Source: Saprospirales bacterium (GTDB lineage Bacteria; Bacteroidota; Bacteroidia; Chitinophagales; UBA8649). Taken from it: a stretch of DNA of 64,000 nucleotides. The notes beneath the pieces are model-generated. The model was given only the letters and a program-made list of their open reading frames with translations, searched no databases and was not told the DNA's origin. The stretch covers positions 263-64,262 of the forward strand of contig PAPS01000018.1 in the NCBI GenBank assembly GCA_002708985.1. The letters run 5' to 3'. Positions 28,282 through 37,666 of this stretch are shown here, one piece after another; within the stretch, counting starts at the first letter, position 1, and the number at the start of each line of letters is the position of its first letter. Made by a program: the position numbers and the translations under genes.

Positions 28282-29070
28282 TCACTTTATCGCACGTACA
28301 AATCGATATATACTATTAGTATCCTTATACATAGAAGTAGTATATCCCTGATTAGTAAATAACTCACTAACAGGACGTCCTTGCTTAAAACCACATTCCA
28401 CCCATATTTCCCCTTTGGGCAGTAGGGCTTTTTGGCCAAGTAATCCAATATGTCGGTAAAAGATTAGCGGATCCTCTTCGTCAGCAAATAAGGCAAGTGG
28501 CGGCTCGTACGATAGGGGGGTAAGCGCCATTATTGGACGTTCAGAGGGCGGAATATAGGGTGGATTAGAGACGATATACTTCAATTTTTCGACCTCCCAG
28601 TCATTTAGTTTCAAAATATCGCATTCTCGGAGGCTTAGGTTTAAATCATGCATTTGGCTGTTCTTTTCAGCAATGGCAAGGGCTTTAGGGCAAATATCTA
28701 TGGCATGTACTTGGGATGTTGAATAGCGCTGCTTAAGGGCTAGCGCGATACATCCAGATCCTGTGCCAATGTCTAACATACTTATCTTGTCAGTCGCTGA
28801 TAATGGTATTTGTTGAAAAAAATGGGCCACTAAATCTTCTGTTTCAGGTCGAGGCAGTAAGACATCCTTAGAGACATGAAGTTTTAGATTCATGAAGTAA
28901 TCGTAGCCCGTGATATGCTCAATGGGTTCGCGATCGAGCAGACGTTCAGTAATCGATGGCCAACAAACATCCCCCTTGCAGTCCTCATTTATAACGTTCA
29001 TTACGTGAGATATTTGTCGCGAGGTCCATCCCGCATTATGAAGCCTTTCTATAGATTCTTGTTTAGTCAT
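28282..29070 (-). CDS. prmC: Release factor glutamine N5-methyltransferase
   Basis: DIGTGSGCIA SAM motif and SNPPYI catalytic motif. Confidence 0.85.
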   Translation of the reverse strand: MTKQESIERLHNAGWTSRQISHVMNVINEDCKGDVCWPSITERLLDREPIEHITGYDYFMNLKLHVSKDVLLPRPETEDLVAHFFQQIPLSATDKISMLDIGTGSGCIALALKQRYSTSQVHAIDICPKALAIAEKNSQMHDLNLSLRECDILKLNDWEVEKLKYIVSNPPYIPPSERPIMALTPLSYEPPLALFADEEDPLIFYRHIGLLGQKALLPKGEIWVECGFKQGRPVSELFTNQGYTTSMYKDTNSIYRFVRAIK

Positions 29071-29102
29071 GGAATACTCTAGTAAGGTTGTATCTTACCA
29101 AA

Positions 29103-30179
29103 ATGCAAGGTAATAAACGTCATCAGTATTATATGGATCGTGCTTTCGAACTTGCAGAGCTTGGCAAGCCCTATGTTCGGTCAAATCCTGCGGTAGGATG
29201 CGTAATTATTCATAAAGATACGATTATAGGTGAGGGCTTTCATCGTGAGTTTGGAGGGCCTCATGCGGAAATAAATGCTATTTTGTCTGTGCAATCAGGT
29301 GATATCGACAAGTTAAACGAGGCTACTTTTTATATCACTTTAGAGCCATGCTCTTTTGTGGGGAAAACCCCCTCCTGTGCTAATCATCTAATTGAAACTG
29401 GGGTGAAACATGTCGTCATTGGTAGCTTAGATCCTAATCCAAAAGTACATCGTCGAGGTGTACAGATGATGCGTGAACAGGGAGTCTATGTCGAGGTGTT
29501 AAATTATGCCCAGACTAATGCAAATTTGAATCCTGGATTCTATTCTGCGATGCTGCATGGCCGCCCCTACGTTACCCTGAAATGGGCCCAATCTAGCGAT
29601 GGTTTTATAGGGCAAATAGGTCAGGGGTCTGTGCCAATCTCAGGTCAGAAGAGCCGGCGCTTTACGCATACATGGCGAAGTGAGCATCATGCAATCTTAG
29701 TAGGAAGCAATACTATTCTTGAAGATAATCCTCGTTTGGATGTTCGATTGATAGAAGGGGAAAGTCCACAAGTCATCATTTTAGACCGTCGAGGGTGCCT
29801 CACAGGCAATGAAATGATATTCTCACTTGGTAGGGAGGTTTGGATATTTTCCTATGAAAAAAAAGAGATTAAGCATCATCGGTGGATCACGGTAGATTCG
29901 GATAAACATTTGATTATCAGTGTTTTTGAGGCGATGTTAACAGAAGAGATGAATACACTTTTTGTCGAAGGTGGACGACAGACTCATCAAGCTTTTTTAG
30001 ATGGTCCTATGTGGTGGGATGAACTTCGTTGCTTCACAAGCAAAAAGAGTCTCGGTGAAGGTATTCAAGCACCAATGTTACCCGACGACAGTGCACCATA
30101 TAAAACGCTAGATGTGGGCGACGATGAATTGATAATTTTACGATCTAAGCAAACATGGCAGAATTTTATCTCATTGTAA
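29103..30179 (+). CDS. ribD: Bifunctional riboflavin biosynthesis deaminase/reductase
   Basis: HAEINAI...TLEPC deaminase zinc motif plus a C-terminal reductase domain. The first ATG is used instead of the TTG at 29088. Confidence 0.9.
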   Translation: MQGNKRHQYYMDRAFELAELGKPYVRSNPAVGCVIIHKDTIIGEGFHREFGGPHAEINAILSVQSGDIDKLNEATFYITLEPCSFVGKTPSCANHLIETGVKHVVIGSLDPNPKVHRRGVQMMREQGVYVEVLNYAQTNANLNPGFYSAMLHGRPYVTLKWAQSSDGFIGQIGQGSVPISGQKSRRFTHTWRSEHHAILVGSNTILEDNPRLDVRLIEGESPQVIILDRRGCLTGNEMIFSLGREVWIFSYEKKEIKHHRWITVDSDKHLIISVFEAMLTEEMNTLFVEGGRQTHQAFLDGPMWWDELRCFTSKKSLGEGIQAPMLPDDSAPYKTLDVGDDELIILRSKQTWQNFISL

Positions 30180-31042
30180 GTATTCTATCCTCGGTTGCTA
30201 TCATGCTTGTTTTCGGCATGTTTGATCGCTATAAAGTTGATACTTTTCAAGCAGTCGTTGTGAATTATCTCACGTGCATTGGCTGTGGAGTCGTCCTCAA
30301 TGAAGGGATGCCTCAATATTCTATAGAATCTACGACATGGTTGCCTTACGCCCTTTGTCTTGGCGTGTTATTTATTGGTTTGTTTGTGCTAATTGGTATC
30401 ACTGCCCAAAAGCAAGGAGCTGCTATCGCATCTGTCTCGATGAAATTGGGATTAATCTTTCCCATATTACTTGCCTATTTTCTTTACAATGAGGTCTTTA
30501 CAATTCAAAAATGGATAGGTATTCTATTTTGTTTGGCGGCCATCATTTTTGTGTCTATTCCCTCTAAGGATTCCAAGGCTGAAGGAAATTCCTTTGCATG
30601 GAATTGGTCCATGTTGTTCCCACTAATCATTTTTCTTGGAAGTGGTATATGTGATTCAACAGTGCAGTTCGTCGAACAACGATTCTTTGCAGAAGGTGAT
30701 TTAGAGCCACTGACGATCGCCCTTTTCGGGACAGCTTTTATTGTTGGAGGGAGTGTTTTGCTTCTACAAGTGATGCTTGGAAAGCGCTCTATCGACGGCA
30801 AATCGCTTCGAGCAGGAGTTATCTTAGGACTTCCCAATTATGCCTCCATTTACTTTTTTATGATGGCCTTATCTCATGATAAATTCGAAAGTGCCTCTTC
30901 TTTTGTATTTGTGATTAACAACATAGGAATTGTTGTCCTGACAACAATAATGGGCATACTCGTATTGAGGCAGAATCCCAATAAATACGTATGGGTTGGC
31001 CTCGGACTCGCAGTAATGTCTGTACTTCTTCTGTCCTTTTAA
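30155..31042 (+). CDS. DMT/EamA-like 10-TM transporter
   Basis: 295 aa and uniformly hydrophobic, with two similar halves. Family call is weak. Confidence 0.5.
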   Translation: MAEFYLIVSILSSVAIMLVFGMFDRYKVDTFQAVVVNYLTCIGCGVVLNEGMPQYSIESTTWLPYALCLGVLFIGLFVLIGITAQKQGAAIASVSMKLGLIFPILLAYFLYNEVFTIQKWIGILFCLAAIIFVSIPSKDSKAEGNSFAWNWSMLFPLIIFLGSGICDSTVQFVEQRFFAEGDLEPLTIALFGTAFIVGGSVLLLQVMLGKRSIDGKSLRAGVILGLPNYASIYFFMMALSHDKFESASSFVFVINNIGIVVLTTIMGILVLRQNPNKYVWVGLGLAVMSVLLLSF

Positions 31043-31049
31043 AATCAGT

Positions 31050-32381
31050 CTATTCGAATACCCGAATATCATCGACTTCCCATGTACTTCCGTCTTGGTT
31101 ACTACCAGTGTAGCGGAAGGCGATGTGCACATTTGAACTGATGAAATTGCTCAAGTCTACCGTGGCAGTTACAAAGGCAAATCCGCCTTGTGATTGGGTG
31201 TAGCTCAACTCCGTCCAAGAGGCGTCCCCAACAGCTGATTGGTTGTCAAAATCTGTGCTGACATAAAGTTGCATTGTCGGTCCTCCATAGTTGTAAGCAT
31301 TTCTAAACTCTAAAGTGGCTGATTGCACTCCTGATAAGTTCATAGATGGTGAGATGAGCCAAGCTTCGCTTGCATCATTTCCTTGCCCATTCCAATTAGA
31401 AAGGACTGCATAATAGGAGTTGCTTCCACCTTGGTTACTAGTCGACCAGTCATGAGGCCCTTCGAGAACTTGAGTAGTCCATCCTCCTGAACTGATTTCT
31501 TGGTCTTCAAAATCCTTGTTTAAAATGAGGTTATCCGCACCATCACAACGTGGATTTTTCATGTCTACGTCGTTGGTGTCGCGAATGGTAAATTGATATT
31601 CGTCATTGTAAATACCTAATATCCCGACAATTGAGCCGTTACCAATAGGGAGTGTATCTCCTGCAAAGGCAGCATAATCACTCATTCGTACGATAACACT
31701 TCCTCCATTACATCCATTGGTGATTACATCCTTCCCATAAGTGGGACTGACAGGAATATTTGCATAAGTCTGTCCGATAAATGAAGGATCAAATTCACAA
31801 TTTTCGATGATAAATAGCTTATTAATCATCGATGGATTTAATCCTCCGTTTAGTGCAAGCACTTCAGGACTTGGTTCTCCTACGATGTCTCCTTTAAGGA
31901 TGTGCTGATCGATGAGTGGTTCGGCGATACGCTCAATATCAGATCCATCAAGCCCTCCTCCAAGAGTGGGCTGACAGGCAAATACACCTGCATAAAGTCC
32001 TTCTAGCTTCACATATACCTCACGCCCAACTGGAAACTGCGCATTGAGGTTGGTAGCATCTAAACTTAACGCAATAGCACCAGTCGCATCTTGTACAACA
32101 AGCGTCTTGTAAAAGTTACCTGCAAAGTCATCAGAAGTCACCACTCCTTTAATGTATTTGCCTTCATAGGTTGCCCCCGTTAATTGAATGGGAGAAATTA
32201 GGTCACAGTTACCCAGTAAATTATTAGAGGTTAATAGGTCACCAATATTCATCACCTGACTTGCATCAATGCTTGGTGGAATATACACCGGAGGTGTATC
32301 AAAATCATCTTGAATGCATGAGGACAGCATAAAAAATGCTGCGAAGAGTATAATGAGGGAGTTTAATCGATTCATGGTCAT
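31050..32381 (-). CDS. DUF5689-like lipoprotein with a choice-of-anchor-J-like C-terminal domain (partner of the TonB-dependent receptor)
   Basis: Lipobox (MLSSC). OB-like KGVVTSDDFAGNFYKTLVVQDATGAI...VGREVYVKLEGL. The C-terminus FEDQ..GGWTTQ...AWLISP...LEF is MAM-like. Confidence 0.6.
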   Translation of the reverse strand: MTMNRLNSLIILFAAFFMLSSCIQDDFDTPPVYIPPSIDASQVMNIGDLLTSNNLLGNCDLISPIQLTGATYEGKYIKGVVTSDDFAGNFYKTLVVQDATGAIALSLDATNLNAQFPVGREVYVKLEGLYAGVFACQPTLGGGLDGSDIERIAEPLIDQHILKGDIVGEPSPEVLALNGGLNPSMINKLFIIENCEFDPSFIGQTYANIPVSPTYGKDVITNGCNGGSVIVRMSDYAAFAGDTLPIGNGSIVGILGIYNDEYQFTIRDTNDVDMKNPRCDGADNLILNKDFEDQEISSGGWTTQVLEGPHDWSTSNQGGSNSYYAVLSNWNGQGNDASEAWLISPSMNLSGVQSATLEFRNAYNYGGPTMQLYVSTDFDNQSAVGDASWTELSYTQSQGGFAFVTATVDLSNFISSNVHIAFRYTGSNQDGSTWEVDDIRVFE

Positions 32382-32386
32382 TGAGA

Positions 32387-34912
32387 TTAGCCGAAAATAA
32401 ATGAGATCATGGCGAAATAGTTTGTGCCAAATCCGTAGAAATATTTGTTTTGAAACTTATCAATACGTCGTTCATCAAAGTCAAAACGACGTTGTTCAAA
32501 GCCGTTGGTTATAAAGTTTTGATTATTAGTAAGGTTGTTTACTCCAAGCAGGAATCGTATTGATTTGCCGTAGCCAAGTGAGTAGGAATAACCACCAAAA
32601 AGGTCCATGGTAAATTGAGCGGGAGCCTTTTCTTGAGCGATGATTTCGTTGTATGTCGTTTCATCAAAAACATCTTGAGTGGCATCAAAGGTTCTTCGCA
32701 CAGGATTGAATTGCATCCAGATACGATCGGTCCAGTTAAAGCTTAAATTTACAAAGAAACCATAGCGACTTCGGTAATTTACGCTTGTGGTGGAGGCAAT
32801 CTCAGGTGTTCCGGAAACATGAAAGTTTCTTGCATATACCGTTTGTACATCGACTATCGTATCTACATTATCTTGAGTAATTGTCGCGTTGGGTCGGCTC
32901 GTGTATATATTCTCACCAAGACTTAATGCGGTATTTATAGACAATTCAGAATTGATCTGCCATAACGTGGCAAATTCTAGGCCATAGTGCCGCTTATCTA
33001 TACCTGTTTGGGTGTAATTAACGAAGGTTTGTTCTTCATCGTGATAGAAACCTATTGTTTCAATTTGGTCTTTAAACTCTACAAGATACCCTGTAGCTTG
33101 AATTTTAAATGGTTGGCTTCGATAGATGTAACCTCCCTCTAAGCTTAAAATCTTCTCGGGAACTAGATCTTCACTATTTACTGTTTGGTTGCGCGTGCGA
33201 GGACCTAAGAAGATATTTTGAAAGATTGGAGCGCGACTCTCTTGCTGGACGTTGACAAAGAGATAGTTTCGTCCATTGATCTTCCATGTTATGCCTCCTT
33301 TAAGACCATAAGTATAGAAATTAATATTATCCGATTTGCCAAAGGAGTTTTCTGGGAAAAGACCTACGCGATAATTTCCTATGCGTTGCATCATTTGGTG
33401 GGTAAAGCGGCCCCCCCAATGGAAATCAATTTTCGAAAAGCTATACTGCGCTTGGGCCCATGCTTCATTGCGGTACACTCTTGCATTGTAGTTATATCCG
33501 AACTCTTCGCCTTCATAGACAAGGTAGTTTGGATCGTCGACATTATTAAGTCCTGCCTGCGGATTTGTAGGGAAATCACGCTCAGCGAACTCGTTCAAAT
33601 CCACATAAAAGTCTCCACCAAGTAAGTCATCAAGGACTTTGTAATTTCTTGTGTCCTGGTATTGAAAAATCAATCCACCTTGAAACAAGGTGTGATCTCC
33701 AATGCTGGTATAATAGCGCGTTGCTAAGTTTGCCCGCTGAACATCCATAACCTGTTCCTCGATAACGTAACGTGAGGCAATACCTGTTGTAGAGTTTCCG
33801 TCAGGCAAGGTATAGGTCTGTGCGTTGGCAGGATCCGTGTTAATTTGATAAAACTTGTCCCAATCTAATTGAAGTTCATCCGGATTATTTTCAAAGAATG
33901 TTTGAAGTCTATTGAACTGATAAGGGTCATTGTAGTAGTAAGTTGGCAGATATCGATAGTAATCGGGTCTTGGATCGGAAGCATTGTACCAATCCATTCG
34001 CGTATTACTCTCTTTACCCCCTTGATACATTGCGGTAGTAATGAGCGAAGATTGCGGACTAAACTTAAGTTCATGGGTTAGCGCCACAACAGGTTGGATA
34101 CGATTATTAATTCGTGAATTCCTTTTTTCTCCATTTTGCCATCCCCAGTTTGGATTATAGAAATTACTTCCTGCTAAGTCATAGGCCTCTTGCGTGGTAG
34201 GCATCATCTTTCCCCGGCGAGTAGGGCTTCCAAAAGCCGTCATAGCGAGACGGTGGCGTTGGTTAAATTTCTTCTCAACCCCCACAAAGGCTGCATACCC
34301 TTCGTAAAAAGTTCCCTCGACATATCCTTCATTACCAAGACGAGTACTCAAACAAAAGCTTGCAGCCCAGCCTTTTTTATCAAAGCCAGACGACCATGCG
34401 GCCATGATTCGATGATTATAGCTTCGATTGGAGTTCATATAAGATGCTTGGATTCCGGTTCGTTGATTTCCAGCACGCACATCGAAGTAAGTATTTCCTG
34501 CAGTTGCTGAGAAAGCAAAGGTTGCAGGAGCAAGACCTTGTGTCCCATAGCTACGGCCGTTAAAGACGGAGTTTAAACCGCCCCAGACCCACCATTGGGC
34601 CCTACCTGTAATCAGATCATTCATTGGAACACCCATCAGCATGTTCTGTGTGTATTCCATGTCAAGTCCACGTCGACGAAACCAAGCTTCGCCTCCTAAG
34701 CCAAATCGAGCAACATCTCCATAGATGTCCCGCCAATCATTCAGCAAACTTGGGGCAAAATCAACAACTTCTGATTGGAGTTCCTGTAATTCGAAGAGAT
34801 TGGATCCTGTATCCGATTCGATAGTAATGGTGTTGACGGTTTGTGCACTGAGCATCGTTACCATGCTGCAGATTATTAAACTCAGCCAGGAGCGACAAAT
34901 CATGGTTTTCAT
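32387..34912 (-). CDS. TonB-dependent outer-membrane receptor
   Basis: 841 aa with a signal peptide. The sequence is beta-barrel-like and Y/F/N/G-rich, ending in ...YFAMISFIFG with a terminal aromatic motif. Confidence 0.8.
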   Translation of the reverse strand: MKTMICRSWLSLIICSMVTMLSAQTVNTITIESDTGSNLFELQELQSEVVDFAPSLLNDWRDIYGDVARFGLGGEAWFRRRGLDMEYTQNMLMGVPMNDLITGRAQWWVWGGLNSVFNGRSYGTQGLAPATFAFSATAGNTYFDVRAGNQRTGIQASYMNSNRSYNHRIMAAWSSGFDKKGWAASFCLSTRLGNEGYVEGTFYEGYAAFVGVEKKFNQRHRLAMTAFGSPTRRGKMMPTTQEAYDLAGSNFYNPNWGWQNGEKRNSRINNRIQPVVALTHELKFSPQSSLITTAMYQGGKESNTRMDWYNASDPRPDYYRYLPTYYYNDPYQFNRLQTFFENNPDELQLDWDKFYQINTDPANAQTYTLPDGNSTTGIASRYVIEEQVMDVQRANLATRYYTSIGDHTLFQGGLIFQYQDTRNYKVLDDLLGGDFYVDLNEFAERDFPTNPQAGLNNVDDPNYLVYEGEEFGYNYNARVYRNEAWAQAQYSFSKIDFHWGGRFTHQMMQRIGNYRVGLFPENSFGKSDNINFYTYGLKGGITWKINGRNYLFVNVQQESRAPIFQNIFLGPRTRNQTVNSEDLVPEKILSLEGGYIYRSQPFKIQATGYLVEFKDQIETIGFYHDEEQTFVNYTQTGIDKRHYGLEFATLWQINSELSINTALSLGENIYTSRPNATITQDNVDTIVDVQTVYARNFHVSGTPEIASTTSVNYRSRYGFFVNLSFNWTDRIWMQFNPVRRTFDATQDVFDETTYNEIIAQEKAPAQFTMDLFGGYSYSLGYGKSIRFLLGVNNLTNNQNFITNGFEQRRFDFDERRIDKFQNKYFYGFGTNYFAMISFIFG

Positions 34913-35043
34913 GGCCTAAATATAATTCTTGTTAAGCACTAATTTTTACATGAAGTGTTAAGTTGGTCTAGTTTTTGACTTCCCTTGTTCATATTGGTTA
35001 ATTCGCGGATAACTTACCTATATTTAACCCGTTAAGAAACCCT

Positions 35044-36243
35044 ATGAAATACTCACTCATACCTGCTCTTTTCCTTGTTTTGGCCTCAGGAAAAACATTG
35101 GCCCAGCAAGAATACCAAGTGGTCACTGTAGGCTTTTACAATGTCGAAAACTTATTTACCCCACAGGATGAAGTCGATGTTATTGTGGTGGAGGACATGA
35201 TTAGAGGAGATCGAAGCTCAACTCTTGTTCTTCCTAAAACATCGGAGCTCGAGGAAAAAATGCGTAGTCAGGAGTATTATAGTCTCTCATCTTCGAATTG
35301 GTCGGAGATTCCCTACGATACCATTTATCGGGATACTAAGGACAGCGATAACACTCCAGATGGCGATCGAAAATATGATGAGGCGGTTTATCGCGATAAA
35401 CTAGATAAGTTAGGGTATGCTCTTGGGCAAATGAAAACGGATATGGCGCCTGACGGTCCTGCGATTATTGGTATTGCAGAAATTGAAAATCGTGAAGTAC
35501 TAGAAGATTTAGCTGAGGTGATTAGTTCAGAAACAAGACATTATGGTGTTGTGCACTACGATTGCTTATACAGTAGAGGTGTAGATGTTGGCTTTCTCTA
35601 TGATTCAACCTTGTTTACGCCGATTTCAAGTCAGTCGGTGTATGTGCCACTCGATCGACATGAAACCAAGGACAAAGGACGAGTGCTTACACGAGATATA
35701 CTTGTCGTTGAAGGAGATTTGCTTGGAGAGCGTGTCCATATTTTAGTAAATCATTGGCCATCTCGCAGCGGGGGACAGGCTCGGTCGAATCGTCTTCGAG
35801 TTGGAGCTGCGGAAGTTTGTCGAAAAGTGGTGGACGAGATTTTAGAGGGTGATTCTGCCGCAAAAATTATCATTATGGGGGATTTAAATGATGATCCTGT
35901 AGATGAAAGCGTTGTAGACGCCCTAGGCACTACAGGAGATCGTGATGCTGTGGTAGATTTATACAATCCTTGGGTTGATGATTATAAAAATGGTCGTGGA
36001 ACGCTTGCCTATGGCGGCTCTTGGAATCTTTTTGATCAGATTATTGTCTCAAAGAGTTTTATCGAAGACGACACAAAAGGTTGGATGTTCTACAAAGAAG
36101 CACGCACTTTTGATGCGCAGATGCTCGTACAAGAGGGTACTTATAAAGGAGGACCTTTTAGAAGCTTTGCTTGGAACAACTATATAGGAGGATACAGCGA
36201 CCACCTTCCTGTTATGATCTATTTAGTCCGCCCAATGAAATAA
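35044..36243 (+). CDS. Secreted endonuclease/exonuclease/phosphatase (EEP) family protein
   Basis: Signal peptide, then VGFYNVENLF, VNHWPSRSGG, IIMGDLNDDP and YSDHLPV. Confidence 0.75.
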   Translation: MKYSLIPALFLVLASGKTLAQQEYQVVTVGFYNVENLFTPQDEVDVIVVEDMIRGDRSSTLVLPKTSELEEKMRSQEYYSLSSSNWSEIPYDTIYRDTKDSDNTPDGDRKYDEAVYRDKLDKLGYALGQMKTDMAPDGPAIIGIAEIENREVLEDLAEVISSETRHYGVVHYDCLYSRGVDVGFLYDSTLFTPISSQSVYVPLDRHETKDKGRVLTRDILVVEGDLLGERVHILVNHWPSRSGGQARSNRLRVGAAEVCRKVVDEILEGDSAAKIIIMGDLNDDPVDESVVDALGTTGDRDAVVDLYNPWVDDYKNGRGTLAYGGSWNLFDQIIVSKSFIEDDTKGWMFYKEARTFDAQMLVQEGTYKGGPFRSFAWNNYIGGYSDHLPVMIYLVRPMK

Positions 36244-36249
36244 AATGAT

Positions 36250-37647
36250 ATGAATAAAGTACTTGGAATACTTACCTCGGTTTTTTGTATATGCTCAGCG
36301 CTTTATGCTCAGCCAGGTCCACCACCGGCCTCGACTACAATTAATACATTCAGTATTGAATCGTGGCAGTTCAGCATCTCATGGCAGCCTTTTGATGAAG
36401 CAGATGGCTATGTAGTTGTTCGTTCCACTTCATCGATCACCGATGAACCTATCGATGGTGTAATCTATGATGTTGGATCACCTCTAGGACAGTCAAAAGT
36501 GATGTTTGTTGGAAATGCTTCAGGATGTATTATTCGTGAGGTTGTAGCCGAACAAGAATATTTTTTAAAAATCTATCCATACAAGGATCAAAATGGCTCC
36601 CCAAAATATTTTTTGGATACCGTGTATCTCGGCAGTGTGACCACAGGCGACGGGAGTCCTGGTAATTATTATGATGCCATTGATGATGGATCTTCCTCCT
36701 TTGTGATGGACTTGACAGCCCTATTAAGCAACCATTTAACCTTAGGTTATTTCCCTTTTACCTCGGACTATGCCGATATCTTTCTTCAGCGTGATACAAC
36801 GGGAATTGATAAGGTAATTAACTGTCAGTATAGCAACGAGTTAATCTTTTTTGATGAGGATTTTAGTGATGCTGGAACAGGGTATAATCGAGAACACCGA
36901 ATGCCTCGATCATGGATGAACTTCAATAATTTTTCATCCTCTGAAATGCAGAATTCAGCAGAAGGAGCTGATTATCATGGCCTTGCGATTATTAAGGGAG
37001 AGGTAAACTCCTCTCGCTCAAACTATCCCTATGGCGAAGTGACGGGTAATCCTTGGTCGGGTAGTTATATCGACTACACCAAAGGACAGGACTACCGGGG
37101 AGTAACTGTAGCGGAACCAAGGGATGATCGCAAAGGGGATTGTGCGCGAGCATTGATGTATATGATGGTAACCTATAATGGAAAGTATAGCCGAAACTGG
37201 GGGATGGATAATTTGATTTCAAGGGCTTCTGACCAAGAGTTAAGCGTATTGCTTCAATGGCACGTACAAGATCCGCCAGATGCTTTTGAGATCGCTCGAA
37301 ATGACTTTATAGCCTCTATTCAAGGAAGCCGAAACCCGTTTGTTGATTTTCCAGAGTGGGTGGATTGTATTGACTTTTCAAATGTCTCTATGAAGACTGA
37401 ATGTATTGACCCTTCGACTTCTATAGATGGAGTGCCAGATGAATTAATAATTCCGAACCCTATTTATCAAACCTACATTACGCTTCCAACTTCAGTAGAT
37501 GAATGGCAAATACTCAATGCTAGTGGTCAGACGATACTCAAGGGAAGGAATACCTACGTTCAACTATCTGAGCTTTCTGCAGGATTATATCAGTTGATAA
37601 CAAAAAAAGAAGGTCAAGTTGCTTCTAAAGCGATTCTCATCCCTTAA
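36250..37647 (+). CDS. Endonuclease I family nuclease with a T9SS sorting domain
   Basis: NREHRMPRSW and SRNPFVDFPEW motifs. The C-terminus IIPNPIYQ...GLYQLITK is T9SS-type. Confidence 0.75.
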   Translation: MNKVLGILTSVFCICSALYAQPGPPPASTTINTFSIESWQFSISWQPFDEADGYVVVRSTSSITDEPIDGVIYDVGSPLGQSKVMFVGNASGCIIREVVAEQEYFLKIYPYKDQNGSPKYFLDTVYLGSVTTGDGSPGNYYDAIDDGSSSFVMDLTALLSNHLTLGYFPFTSDYADIFLQRDTTGIDKVINCQYSNELIFFDEDFSDAGTGYNREHRMPRSWMNFNNFSSSEMQNSAEGADYHGLAIIKGEVNSSRSNYPYGEVTGNPWSGSYIDYTKGQDYRGVTVAEPRDDRKGDCARALMYMMVTYNGKYSRNWGMDNLISRASDQELSVLLQWHVQDPPDAFEIARNDFIASIQGSRNPFVDFPEWVDCIDFSNVSMKTECIDPSTSIDGVPDELIIPNPIYQTYITLPTSVDEWQILNASGQTILKGRNTYVQLSELSAGLYQLITKKEGQVASKAILIP

Positions 37648-37666
37648 AGCCTAGGGTCATTACCTA

